Shown: piece by piece, positions 39,349-51,544 of the stretch
How the letters are laid out: each line of letters begins with the position of its first letter
Numbering within the stretch: the stretch's first letter is position 1
Assembly (NCBI RefSeq): GCF_018977255.1
Contig: NW_024704742.1
Span: 137,022,001-137,086,000, forward strand
Direction of reading: 5' to 3'
Length of the DNA stretch: 64,000 nt
DNA from: Callorhinchus milii
Taxonomy: Eukaryota
Position numbers and translations under genes: made by a program
Notes under the pieces: generated by a model
Told to the model about the DNA's origin: nothing
Databases searched by the model: none
Seen by the model: only the letters and a program-made list of their open reading frames with translations

Positions 39349-40074
39349 GCTTGCAACCAAAGGATCCAATATTGAATGTAGATTGACACAAAGACAGACA
39401 CACAGACAGCCATTTCATCTTTATCTATACTCATCTGGTAGGAATCCTGTGGGAGGACTCATTTTGGCTCGTGTTCTTGAGTGGACAACTCATTTTGCGC
39501 TGTTGCAGTCCTTTCAGCATTGAAGTGCAGCCGTGCTTTTCTTTGTTCTTCAGTTTCATTTAATGATCCTTCTCTTTTTGATTAGCATTTTTACTTATCT
39601 TTGAAAGGTTTGATTTTTGCTTAGGCATCTTATAATGATGAATATCAATTTTTAATCACTGGGACGTCCTGCCAACATGAAAGGCGTTTTAAAAATGTAG
39701 TTTTGTTATTGCCACGGTTTAGCTTCGTTTGTCTTCTTTATTTTTTTCCCGCCGCTGCTTGGTGGCGTGTGTGCTCTACGACGGATGATGCCACGGCTCC
39801 ACAGTCAGCCGGCGTAGCCACCAGGTGTAATTGCAGTGTGTACTGTGCGTACATACGTAGGTGCTCTGTGACTCACAGTGCCACAGCACCACTTTAAATG
39901 CATTTTAGGTCATAACTCATTAACGATAGGAAATACTCAAAACAAATATGTACATGTCACTCCCAGGTTCAAGACCTTTCCGATGAGGTATAAATCATGT
40001 CTCTACGTCAATCGGTTATGAGATCCTTCTTGAAGCACAGACAGACAATTGTCGTTTTATTTGTATAGAGAAGA
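39349..40074 (-). mobile_element. Candidate Helitron-like element (copy 2), 3' terminus not recognisable
   Basis: Reverse complement starts A|TCTTCTCTATACAAATAAAACGACAATTGTCTGTCTGT and aligns with 10848-11100; 39349-39424 aligns with 11609-11684. Confidence 0.55.
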
Positions 40075-40199
40075 TAGATTGATAATCTAGTTGTTTTAAA
40101 GAGGTGGCAGGAGTCCTAGGTCATGACCAATATAGATATAATTGTCCCAAAATAGTTTTGTTATAGAATTATAATTTTTGAAGCAGTGTCTTGTTATGT

Positions 40200-41195
40200 T
40201 GAGTCCTGTAGCATAGTGGTTAGAGCACTCGCCTCACAAGTGAGAGGACCTGGGTTGGATTCCCAGGCACAGCGAAACATTGGGAAAGATTCCTTACTCC
40301 ACACGCCTAGAAAGTAGGAACCGTTGTTAGTTGATTGGGGGTACTAATCTTATCCCCCCAAAAATGGTCGGGTCAGGGAGTGAGGAGGGTCTTGAGATGG
40401 GTCTTGAAGGGGGTGAGGAGGGACTATGGGATGGAGTTCCAGAGGGTGGAGGCAGAGTGGCAGAAGGTCTGCCTGCCAATAGTGAGGCAAGCGAGGCGGG
40501 CGGTGTGAAGCAGGCCACTCCTTTCTCTACCTCCCAGCTCTACCTCCTTGCCCCTCCACTCTCCAACACCATCAATCTCTCCCTATCATCTGGCACCATT
40601 CCCATCTCCCTAAAAACAGCTAAAAACACATCCTGAAAAAACCTTCCCTGGACCCATCCCTGCCTTCTAACTACCGGTCCAACTTCCCGTTTCTTTCCAA
40701 GGTGCTTGAAACAGTCGTTGCTTCCCAGCTTCGCTCATTCCTCTCCTACACGAGTGCCTCAAACCGTGTTTCCTTGCTGCACGCTTTCCCAGTCCATTGG
40801 CTCCCCATCCCTCAGAGGATAGAATTCAAAATCCTCGTCCTCACTTTCAAGGCCCTCTACAGCCTTGCCCACTTCTACCGCTTGTCCAGCTGACCCCCTA
40901 TAAACCTGTCTGCGGGCTCTGCCCTGCTCCACGTCTTCCGCCCGATCCGCCATACGATCAGCGGGTGAACTTTCAGCCTCTTTGCCCCCACCCTTTGGAA
41001 TTCCATTCCGTGGTCTCTTTGCTTTGCTCCCTCCCTTGCCTTCTTCAAGGCACACTCAAGACCCTCCTTTTCGACTTTGACCGCCCTCCTACCTCTCTGC
41101 CCTACCTCATCCCAACCCTGCTCCCCGATTGTTCAGCGCCTTGGGACGTCCTCTCGATTTGAAAGGCACTTTACAAATGTAATTTTGTTGTTTTA
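40200..41195 (+). mobile_element. Composite: SINE-A head (40200-40362), antisense L2 piece (about 40368-40515), internally deleted L2 (about 40515-41195)
   Basis: tRNA-like head; L2 motifs INLSLSSGTIP.SLKTA, HWLPIPQRIEFKILVLTFKAL; L2 tail. Confidence 0.8.
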
Positions 41196-41913
41196 TTACT
41201 ATATAATGCATTCCCTAATAAATGCATTAGAATTGATGTATTCTAAAGTTTGTATTGGAAGCCTGGCCTGATGGCAAAGAAGTGAAGGTTAATGTGGATA
41301 ATGCACTGATGTGAATGTCACAATGAGGCATCTTCTTTGTGCTCTTCCCTATTGTCAATCTGTGCACAGTGCTGTGCATGTTAAGGATGCATCAGTTCAA
41401 TGAGTCTGGTCGGTCTGCACCTAGCGAACTGCGTAGAGACATGGCTGAGGCTCTCGAGGTTTTGCAGAGGAGAGCAAGTCAGTCTCCTCATTCTAGAGGG
41501 ATGCGCTTGAAGAACGATTAGATGAACCCTGAAAACAGACTTCAGAGAGGCCCTTTAGAAGTATATAGAATGCTTTGGGACTTGTGATATTGTAATTGAA
41601 ATGCCAGCGCCTTGGGACACCCTTGTGATGTGAAATGCACAATACAAAGGTAATTTGTTGTTGTTGCTAAAAGGAATAGAACGATTCTTTCAGATTTGCT
41701 AGCTTTAGGATGGACACCAAGAGCATTTCTTTATACATAAGGTAGTTAGCCCTAGAGTGAGTTACCTGGAAGAATTGTTTGAGAGCAGGCAGGGCACTGG
41801 ACTGTTAATAAAATACTTTATCTACTTGACTGTAGGGTTTGTATTCTTTAGAGCTGAGATCAAAACTGTTGCAGGCTGCCTTCAACTTAACTTATTGTGA
41901 TTTCTGTGCATAA

Positions 41914-42159
<246 letters not shown>

Positions 42160-44348
42160 TGACATGAATAAAATTTCAGTGAAAGGAAAACCATTCATTA
42201 GCACAGTTATAGATTTAAAAATAACAGTACAACTCACGCTACCATGGTTTGTGTGTGCAATTGCTTTGCATGTAATAGTTGCATATCACAGGTATTTGAG
42301 TTTTGTGTTGCTTTGTACTCTTTTTTCGCTGTAAAGCGGGAAGTGGAATCGATACAGAAACCAGGAAATATTTCTTTACAGTCTTAACAGTTTGCCAACA
42401 TGGATGTTAAAGGCTAAAAACCATTAAGAAATGATACAATGTAATGGGAAGAGGGCTGGTGTCATGGGAAGATGGTAGGATGGGTATTCTAGAAGGATGA
42501 CATCTCTTGTGATCTTTGCACAGCAAAGATGTTTGATTATATGACAGTTATGTGAAGAGAAATCTATTTTTGCTTTTGTGAATGGTCCAAGACTAAACTT
42601 GAGACATCAACGGGGCTAGCACATTGTAGGTTGTCCTTCAGTGATCTCTCCACCAGGCTGAAGGCAGACGTTCTTTCAAAATCTTAGGATCCTGAGGCAG
42701 GAAGGCGTTGCCTAGAGTGTAATTTACAAATGTATTGTTATATTTGGGATGCTTGGCAGTGGGTTAGGCAGACTTGTATTGGCTACAAACCAATGGCTTA
42801 GACGATGAATTAAAGCAAATCCCTGAATGCCAATTTCAGAGCTAATGGTTACCTCATTAAAACTTATTCAAATACTCAAGTGAATTGCCAAACATGTGTC
42901 CTCTGCTCCCAATGATGTTCCACTAAAGTCATAGATTAAACAGACAAGGCAGAACATGACTGAGGCATAGACTTCCATTTATTCCAGTGGATCAGAAATG
43001 CAAAAGTCAGCAACAACTTGCAGTTTACTTAGCAAATTTCATATAATTTGTTTTTGGTCAGCTGGGTGCCGATACATGTGGCTACCCACTTAAATATCAT
43101 ATAAATGAAGCCTAGGTGCTTTATAGAATGAGGTTCGAACACGGCAGCTAATTTTCTCCAGTAACTTCCACATCGATGAGAAGCCATTAGAAAGCTTGGG
43201 TGAATTTGGATGAGAAGCGAATGCAAGCCAAGATAACCAAGGGAGAAACCCCACTTTGAAATGGTAGTGGGAATTTGTTCATGTCCATTTTAATCATTTG
43301 GCAGCCAGGCTCTAAAACCCTGACTTAATTGGAAGAGGGCTGATCTTTAAATGAATGACGCAATTTAATAAAGTGATTTAGTGTCATGGAAATGTGTGGG
43401 TAATTACCACCCGCCGTCACACGAAGGCCAAGGACATTTTAATAAACTAAACTAAACCAACCCAGGTGTTGGAACTGCAAATAAGCGAGACCTAACCTAA
43501 TTTAGTTTAGGCAGGGAACCACACCATTTTATAAAATAATGTCACTCCACTGTCTTTGGCCACTGTCAGAGGGTTAAATCCCTGAACTGCTAGGTGTTAC
43601 TGTGGCTGCCCTCTGATTATGTGGGCAAACTAGTTGCATGCTCAGTACGTTTTTAGTGATTGGAATAAATCATTTAAACCATGTGGTCATGGAGAGACTT
43701 TTGAACCCTGAATCACTTGAATGCAACTGATAAATCACAGTGAAGCCTATTGCAGGTTGACCCTTATTCAGTTTCCATTTGACAACTTGGCAAAATCCAT
43801 GTTCATGTTATATGAGCCAATCTGCGTTCAATGAGAATCTGGTTCTGAAGGTCTGATATCCAAGTCACTATTTCCATGGCAGTGAAGATGTCAGGAGGTC
43901 ATCTTGCATTGGTATTGCATCAAATGTTCCTCTTGCATAAATGAAAATATGAAGCATTATTGAAAGAAATCTTGAGTGCTTGCAGTAGGATTTTTAAAAT
44001 GGATAGATTAAACATTATTGAGGCTACAAAGCTCCATTAACTACTTTTTTTGATTAATAAACACACCCAGGTAGTTTGTTCTTTGCATATTAACAATTGC
44101 AAGTTCCACGGGACACTCTACTGCTGCCATTTTGCACACAGCTTATTAATACTGCACCAAGTTTGTTTCCCTAATGGAGAGTTCAGCTCGCTTCCCAACA
44201 GAAATTCTGAATCTGCACTTCTGTGAGCTAACTACACGAGTGTCCTTTATTATTGTGGGGTGGGAGGAATGGCATTCTGGGTGTTGTTTGGTGAAATAAA
44301 AACATTTCACATTCAGAATTTATTAGTAGTATTTTATGAATGGATTTG

Positions 44349-44699
44349 AAGTCCTGTAGAGGAGTGGTTAGTGCACTCACCTCGCAAGTGAGAGGACCCG
44401 GGTTCGATTCTTGGGTTGGGCTAAACTTTAGGCAAGTTTCCCAACTCCATACATCTGTTTACCTAGCAGTAGGAACCTGGTTGTTAGTTGATTAATATGG
44501 AGGTAATAATCCCTCCCACCACTCCCCCCCACCCCAACCACAACTGTTTGTTGGACACTGTTGTATGCAATTGGCTGCCATGTTTCTCCCAAAAATACGC
44601 AGTTAATCCACATTGCAAAATATTCTGTGAAGAACTTTTGAGACATTTCAACGACATGATAAGGTGCTATATCAAATAGAAGAAGGATTATTCTATTAT
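44349..44699 (+). mobile_element. SINE family A, full length
   Basis: agtcctgtag...gggttcgattc...gctatatcaaata...attatt. Confidence 0.85.
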
Positions 44700-44925
44700 G
44701 GGTGTTGCAAATGTTATCCAAAATGCTCCACCAAGCATGCAGTAAATTTAGTGCAACATCTGCACATAGAGAGATCTGCAAAAGGATTTAATGTAAAGCG
44801 TGTGAAAAATAGTGGTAAAAATAGTTCTAAATTTGATCTCCTGGTCATTGTATGTTATGGTGTTCCTTAATCATTCAGGAAATAGCTACTTTTCACAGTT
44901 AATGAATGAATCTGCCTTGTCCTAG

Positions 44926-45000
44926 AAACTCCACCACCTGGTTATATCAGTGAAGATGGGGAGACGAGTGATCAGCAGATGAACCAAAGTATGGACACGG
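44926..45000 (+). CDS. SMAD2: SMAD2 exon 6 (linker, TPPPGY PY motif)
   Basis: ccttgtcctag|AAACT...ACGG|gtaagg; 75 nt; [25 protein letters not shown]. Confidence 0.97.
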
Positions 45001-45512
45001 GTAAGGATTTTCTCAATATGCAGTTGGTAGTTTTAAATCTGAATGTAATGTGCAAAATTTAGTTGCACTTGTTCTGTTTGTCTCTTGTATTAATTCAGAA
45101 ATTGTTTCTCCTGTAGTCCTTTGAAAGCTCTTGAGCTGTCTCCCTGCAAACTTTGAGACTGGTTTTAAAGTTGTCCACCTGACTTGAACATTAAATTAGG
45201 CTTTCACAGAACTCCCAACTGCTTTTAGTTTTTAATGACCCAATAGGATGTGGAGTAGGTAGTTTAAATCTGGATTCTCCAATCCACATTGCATATTGGG
45301 GCAGCAATATTCACTTCCAATAGTATAAATATATCATTATTTGGAGATTAAAATTTAGATATTCTGATTAGGGAGTAATATTAATTACAAAATCATGGGA
45401 ATGAAGGAAGGAATTCTTACCATAGTTACCTTTAACTAATATTTATAAATTTATGTGAATTTTATTAAGTGACGTGAAAGATGTTTTTCATATTAAGATA
45501 TGAATGTGAATT

Positions 45513-46561
45513 TGTATTTCCAGCCCATAGAATTATAGAAATGTACAAGACAGCAGGCCACCATTCAGCCTATTATTCCCAGGGTTTACTCCTCCATGGA
45601 TCCCAATATAAATTGTAAATGCAGAGTTAGGGCTTCCTGAGAACCACGTTTCTAATAACTTTATTTTCAGATTGGAAAGAAGCCATGGTTACAGAGAGCT
45701 TTGTTTTACAATGAAACACGACAACTTGTTTTGAGTTCATGAAATAAGTCTGATTTCATGATTATGAGAGTTTAGCCATGTATTGGAAATTGTGCACTTT
45801 TGTAATTCTCTGTTTCAGGGTCTCCTGCAGAAATGTCGCCTGGCACCTTGTCACCCGTCAACCACAGCTTGGGTAAGATCAAATAAAACACTTTCTCTTT
45901 TAAAATTCCTATATACGAGGACCTGTTAAACTGTAAAATGCCACTGAATCCTTATTTCCATTAAAATAGAGCATTCAAAAATACAAAATTGTTTTTCAAT
46001 AAATATCATAATGCAGGAATCCTACAGTGTATCAGTTTGCAATAGAATTTCTGTGGTCAAACTAACTACATCGGGATTGAAGTGGGGCACTTGGACTTGG
46101 TTACCAACTTCAGGTTGTTTCTTTGCCTCCTGTCAAAAGGGAATATTAACTGCAAAATAGTCTTATTTGATATCGCAGTTGTTTTCAGTCACTTTTTAGT
46201 GGATTGTGCAGTTTCAACAGCAATTAGCATAGTTTTGTTTGTGAATGCTGCAATGAGCTTTCAGCCTGCTCCATCCCGGAATCCCTCCACTTCACCCCCT
46301 CCCTCACCGCTTTCAAGATCTGTCTTGAGACATACCTCTTCCACCGTGCCTTCGGCCATCTTTCCTCTCCACCCTCAACTTGGGTGCTAAGCCAGGAGTG
46401 TCCAGAACCTGGAGACATTGTGTTGATGTGAACGATGCTATATGTGTATTTCCAGCCCATAGAAGTATAGAAACATGTACAACTTAATAGGCAACCATTC
46501 GGCCTATTATTCCTCGGGTTTACTCCTTCTTGAATCCGACGATAAATTGTAAGTGCAGAGT
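45513..46561 (+). repeat. Diverged direct repeat pair of about 115 bp (45513-45627 and 46445-46561) flanking exon 7
   Basis: Both read tgtatttccagcccatagaa.tatagaaa..tgtacaa...ccattc.gcctattattcc..gggtttactcct...ataaattgtaa.tgcagagt. Confidence 0.85.
45819..45872 (+). CDS. SMAD2: SMAD2 exon 7 (linker with three Ser-Pro phosphosites)
   Basis: ctctgtttcag|GGTCT...TTGG|gtaaga; 54 nt; GSPAEMSPGTLSPVNHSL. Confidence 0.96.
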
Positions 46562-46658
46562 GAGGCATCATTCCCATGTCCAGAGTGTTGCTCTATAGAA
46601 CACCAGTCAGACCTTATTACAAATAATTTGTTTTCGCTGGTTGGGAATTAAAATTTAA

Positions 46659-46946
<288 letters not shown>

Positions 46947-47081
46947 TAATTGCTTATAACGGATTCAACTATAGAGCACTAAATTAGTTGTTATCGTCGT
47001 GGTGAGGTGGAATGTGAAGGGAATGGACGTTCAGGTCTTAACTTTGAAGTTGTCTATGTAATAGGTCAGTGTAAATGTAAG

Positions 47082-47338
47082 AATAATAATCCTTGTATTG
47101 GATATATCGCCTTATCACATATTTGAAAAGTCTCAAAGCGCTTCAGATTATACTGTAAACTAAGTTGACTGTATAAAGTGAGAGGACCTGGGTTTGATTC
47201 CTGGGCAGGGCGAAACTTTGCGCAACTTTCCTGACTCCACACGTCTCTGTTTACCTAGCAGTGAGTAGGAACCCAGCTGTTAGTCGATTGGTGGATTGAT
47301 TTTTCGAGGGTAATAATTCCTTAATAAATAAATAAATG
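47082..47338. mobile_element. SINE family A with internal inversion and deletion
   Basis: Tail on - strand (47082-47175) joined directly to the 5' half on + strand (47176-47338). Confidence 0.8.
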
Positions 47339-47679
47339 TACCACATCATTGTCCATTTGCTAATGTTTGGAGGACTTGCCCTCTGCCTAATGGGAGCTGT
47401 GCTGCCTTTACTCATCTGTTCAAACCGATTACGTTGCAAAAGTGGCTATTGAAATTGACCTCACCAGTTAATAAACCAAAGAACAAATTCAACAAATGCC
47501 CAAAATGATGCAAACATAAAGGAGCTATTAATAGAATCGACTAGGCAGGTCCAAGGTCTGCTCTGCACTATGTGTTCTCATCCTTGGGAATGAATTGGAG
47601 TGATATATTTGTCCTCTGTCCCTGTGGTTTTGAGTACATTCAATCCGGTTTCATACAGATCTCCAGATAGATCCCCGTC

Positions 47680-48615
47680 ACCCCCAAACTGTTCATCGCT
47701 GTGTAGTTTCTTCTTCCACGTATACAGGGATGACACCCAACTCTATCTCTCTGCCTCCACCCTCGTCCTGATAGCCTGCCTGTCAGACTTCAAGTCCTGG
47801 GTGAGAGCCAACTTTCTACGGCTAAAAGTCAGCAAGACTGAGGTCCTCCTGATTGGCTCACTCTGGCACCTCTACAAACAGGCTCTGGCAGCATCAGCAT
47901 CTATGAATGCACACTCCACCTCACCAACCAGTCAGGAACCTGGGCGTCTTGTTTGAGCCTCAACTGTCCTTTCTCCCCTATATCCGTGTCGTCCCCACCC
48001 GCATTGCCCGACTCCACCACTGCCTCACCCATCGGGTCACCGAAAGCCTCATTCGGGCATTCGTCACTCAAGGCTCAACTACTTGTCCGGCTCCCCAACT
48101 CTTCCCGCCATAAGCTGCAGATCATTCAGAACTCTGCAGCTCGTGTCCTCTTCTTCACCAGGCTCCGTGACCCCATCACCCCCGCCCTCGCCCGGCTCCA
48201 CTTCCGCCCCATCCTTCAGAGGATAGAATACAAAATCCTCATCTTCACCTTCAAGGACCTTCATGGTCTTGCCCCCTTCTACCTGTCTGACCTGCTAACC
48301 CCTCATTAACCTATCCGCTCCCTCCGTCCAGCAGGCTCCGGCCCTATCATCGGCGCCGGGCTTTCAGCCTCTCTGTCCCCACCCTTTGGAACTCCATCCT
48401 ACAATCCCTTTGCCTTGCTCTCTCCCTTGCCTCCTTCAAAACACGACTCAAGACCCTCCTTTTCGACTGTGCCTGCAGTCGCCTTCCTGCCTCTCTGCCC
48501 TCCCTCACCATAAACCTGCTCCCCACACACTCGGGTCCTGTTCCCCGACTGTTCAGCGTCTTGGAATGTCCTCCTGACATGATAGGCGTTTACAAATGTA
48601 ATTTTGTTGTTGTTT
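47680..48615 (+). mobile_element. L2 LINE fragment (RT end to tail), frameshifted
   Basis: FH.Y.DDTQLY...CLSD.KSW..ANFL.L..SKTEVLLIG; KLQIIQNSAARVL...ITP.LARLH...QRIEYKIL; (TTG)n tail. Confidence 0.9.
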
Positions 48616-48704
48616 ATCTGAGATGTTTATCTTCTGCGGTCTATTAGCTGATTCGCTTAACTTCTCAAGATTTCTCTTAAATGCTGTTTGGATTTTTTGC
48701 CTAA

Positions 48705-48911
<207 letters not shown>

Positions 48912-50491
48912 TAAATAATTGCTGTTGTGCATTGATAATAGAATGGCATCCCCTAACATCTCTTTAACATCATTGAGTGGCAACCCACAAGTAAAGATGT
49001 TTTCATGCATTTTACAACTCAGCCTACATGCTCTGTATCTGTGTATAGGAAGCAAGGGACATTTGCTGCATAGAGGATAATTGTGAAGCTCTTTCACTAA
49101 AAATTGATGATGGACCAAAATCCAATCTCATTAATAAGAGAACATAGAGCAGTTTGTTGACTGACCTTTAAGAGCAAATTTTCATTGCATTGTTTGAACA
49201 TGCGCTTACTTTCTATGTTATCTTTTGGAGCGGTTGTGAGAAGTTGGCTCCATTTACTCATAGTTTGGAGTTGAGTTGAGTATTCGGGTGCAAGACTGGA
49301 AATTCAGTTGTCTTAATTACCACTTAATTCCCTCCTCGTGAAGAACACTTTGACCCGGGAACGGTGTTCGGTTCTCATCTTCTATTTACAGCAAAGTACA
49401 ATAATCTGGTGAAGTGAGGCTCTGGCTACATTTTCGATAAGAGATCCCTGGAATAACCAAATCACCAAAATAATAATAATAAATGGGTCACTCAATCCAC
49501 TTCTGTGTGTGGGACACTGCTGTGCGCAGTCGGCTGCCACGTTTTGCCCACAAAATATGCAGTGAATTCACTTTACATTATATTCTGTGAAGCACTTTGA
49601 GATGTCTCAAAGCACTTTGAGATGTCTCAAAGCGCGATAAGGCGCTATATCAAAGGAAATGATTATTATGAGTGCTTAAGCAGTGATTAATTTCTTCTAA
49701 ACTTGTTACCACTGGTGGGCCAAACATTACTCTATATCACACTGGTGCAGTGGCTCGCAGGCTACTTTCGGGCATTAGGAAGTGGCCCACGGAACCCCTA
49801 CACAAGTCTAGGCAAGTCCCCATCAAATCAATACCTTGATTCCAGTTCCAGTAAATAAATCAATAAAGAAAAATGTATTTGGTTGGCCAACCTTTTGCAC
49901 CATTGCTAAAGCAAGGGTATGTTGGTTTGTTCAGCATTCCTGACCTTAGCTACGCAGATTACACTCTGCAGTCAATGATCACAGAGCCAGTTAGGTTAAA
50001 TATTCCTATATCTATTCTCTCTAGGTATGTATGGATCAGCAGATTGTTTGGGGACGTGTGGTGCTGTGTAAATACATGTATTAATCTCCTGTCCTCTTAA
50101 GACTCGAGAATTGCTACCCTACGTTTATGTAGATTAGTATGGAGTACTTTGCCTACAAAAGGTTATACATTTGACAATTATTACCATCGAACTTTGAAAT
50201 TGCAATGTGACAAAGTACTATCAAAATAAACCGTTTCTTTCTATTCTACAAATCCTGAAGTCCTCTTTATAAATTAGTGCTTACATTCTAATTTCCAGTT
50301 ACATGAAGACAACTTTCTAAATCACCCGTTAGTGCACGGAGGATGTGGCTCATTGCTTTGATAAGCTCTTTAAATATTTGGGGGAAAATGGCTATTCTAA
50401 CGTGACAAAATGCTTTGTGTTATAGCATTTACGTTGGATGGTGCGTGTGAAATGATCATTACATTAGATGTTTGCAACTATTGTGATGTGA

Positions 50492-50695
<204 letters not shown>

Positions 50696-50964
50696 TAAGG
50701 GATTGGCATTGCTTTTTGTTCTCTTCCTCTCGCGTAGGGAGAACATCAAAGAGCTCTACACAGACTGCTAGCGCAGGAACCCAAGCATATTCAGTCTCGC
50801 TCTTTACCTGTGTAACATGTGAAATGGAAGCGAGAGGGAAGAGACCAGAGGTTAGAGATGTAATGGTTTAAGGCTTGGCCACCAATACCACTTTGAAATA
50901 AGCTCAGAAATACTTGGCAATATTTTGTCAAAATTCCTTTGCCTAGAGTGTTTGTCTGTATTTA

Positions 50965-51544
<580 letters not shown>

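Noticed and set aside
45819..45830. Alternative in-frame acceptor (tctcctgcag|) removing GSPA from exon 7
   Set aside because: Explained by codon sequence; the upstream acceptor is strong and no transcript evidence is available.
49591..49630. 20-bp tandem duplication AGCACTTTGAGATGTCTCAA
   Set aside because: Ordinary slippage duplication within a SINE tail; intronic, so its seed-like AGCACTTT is unlikely to matter.
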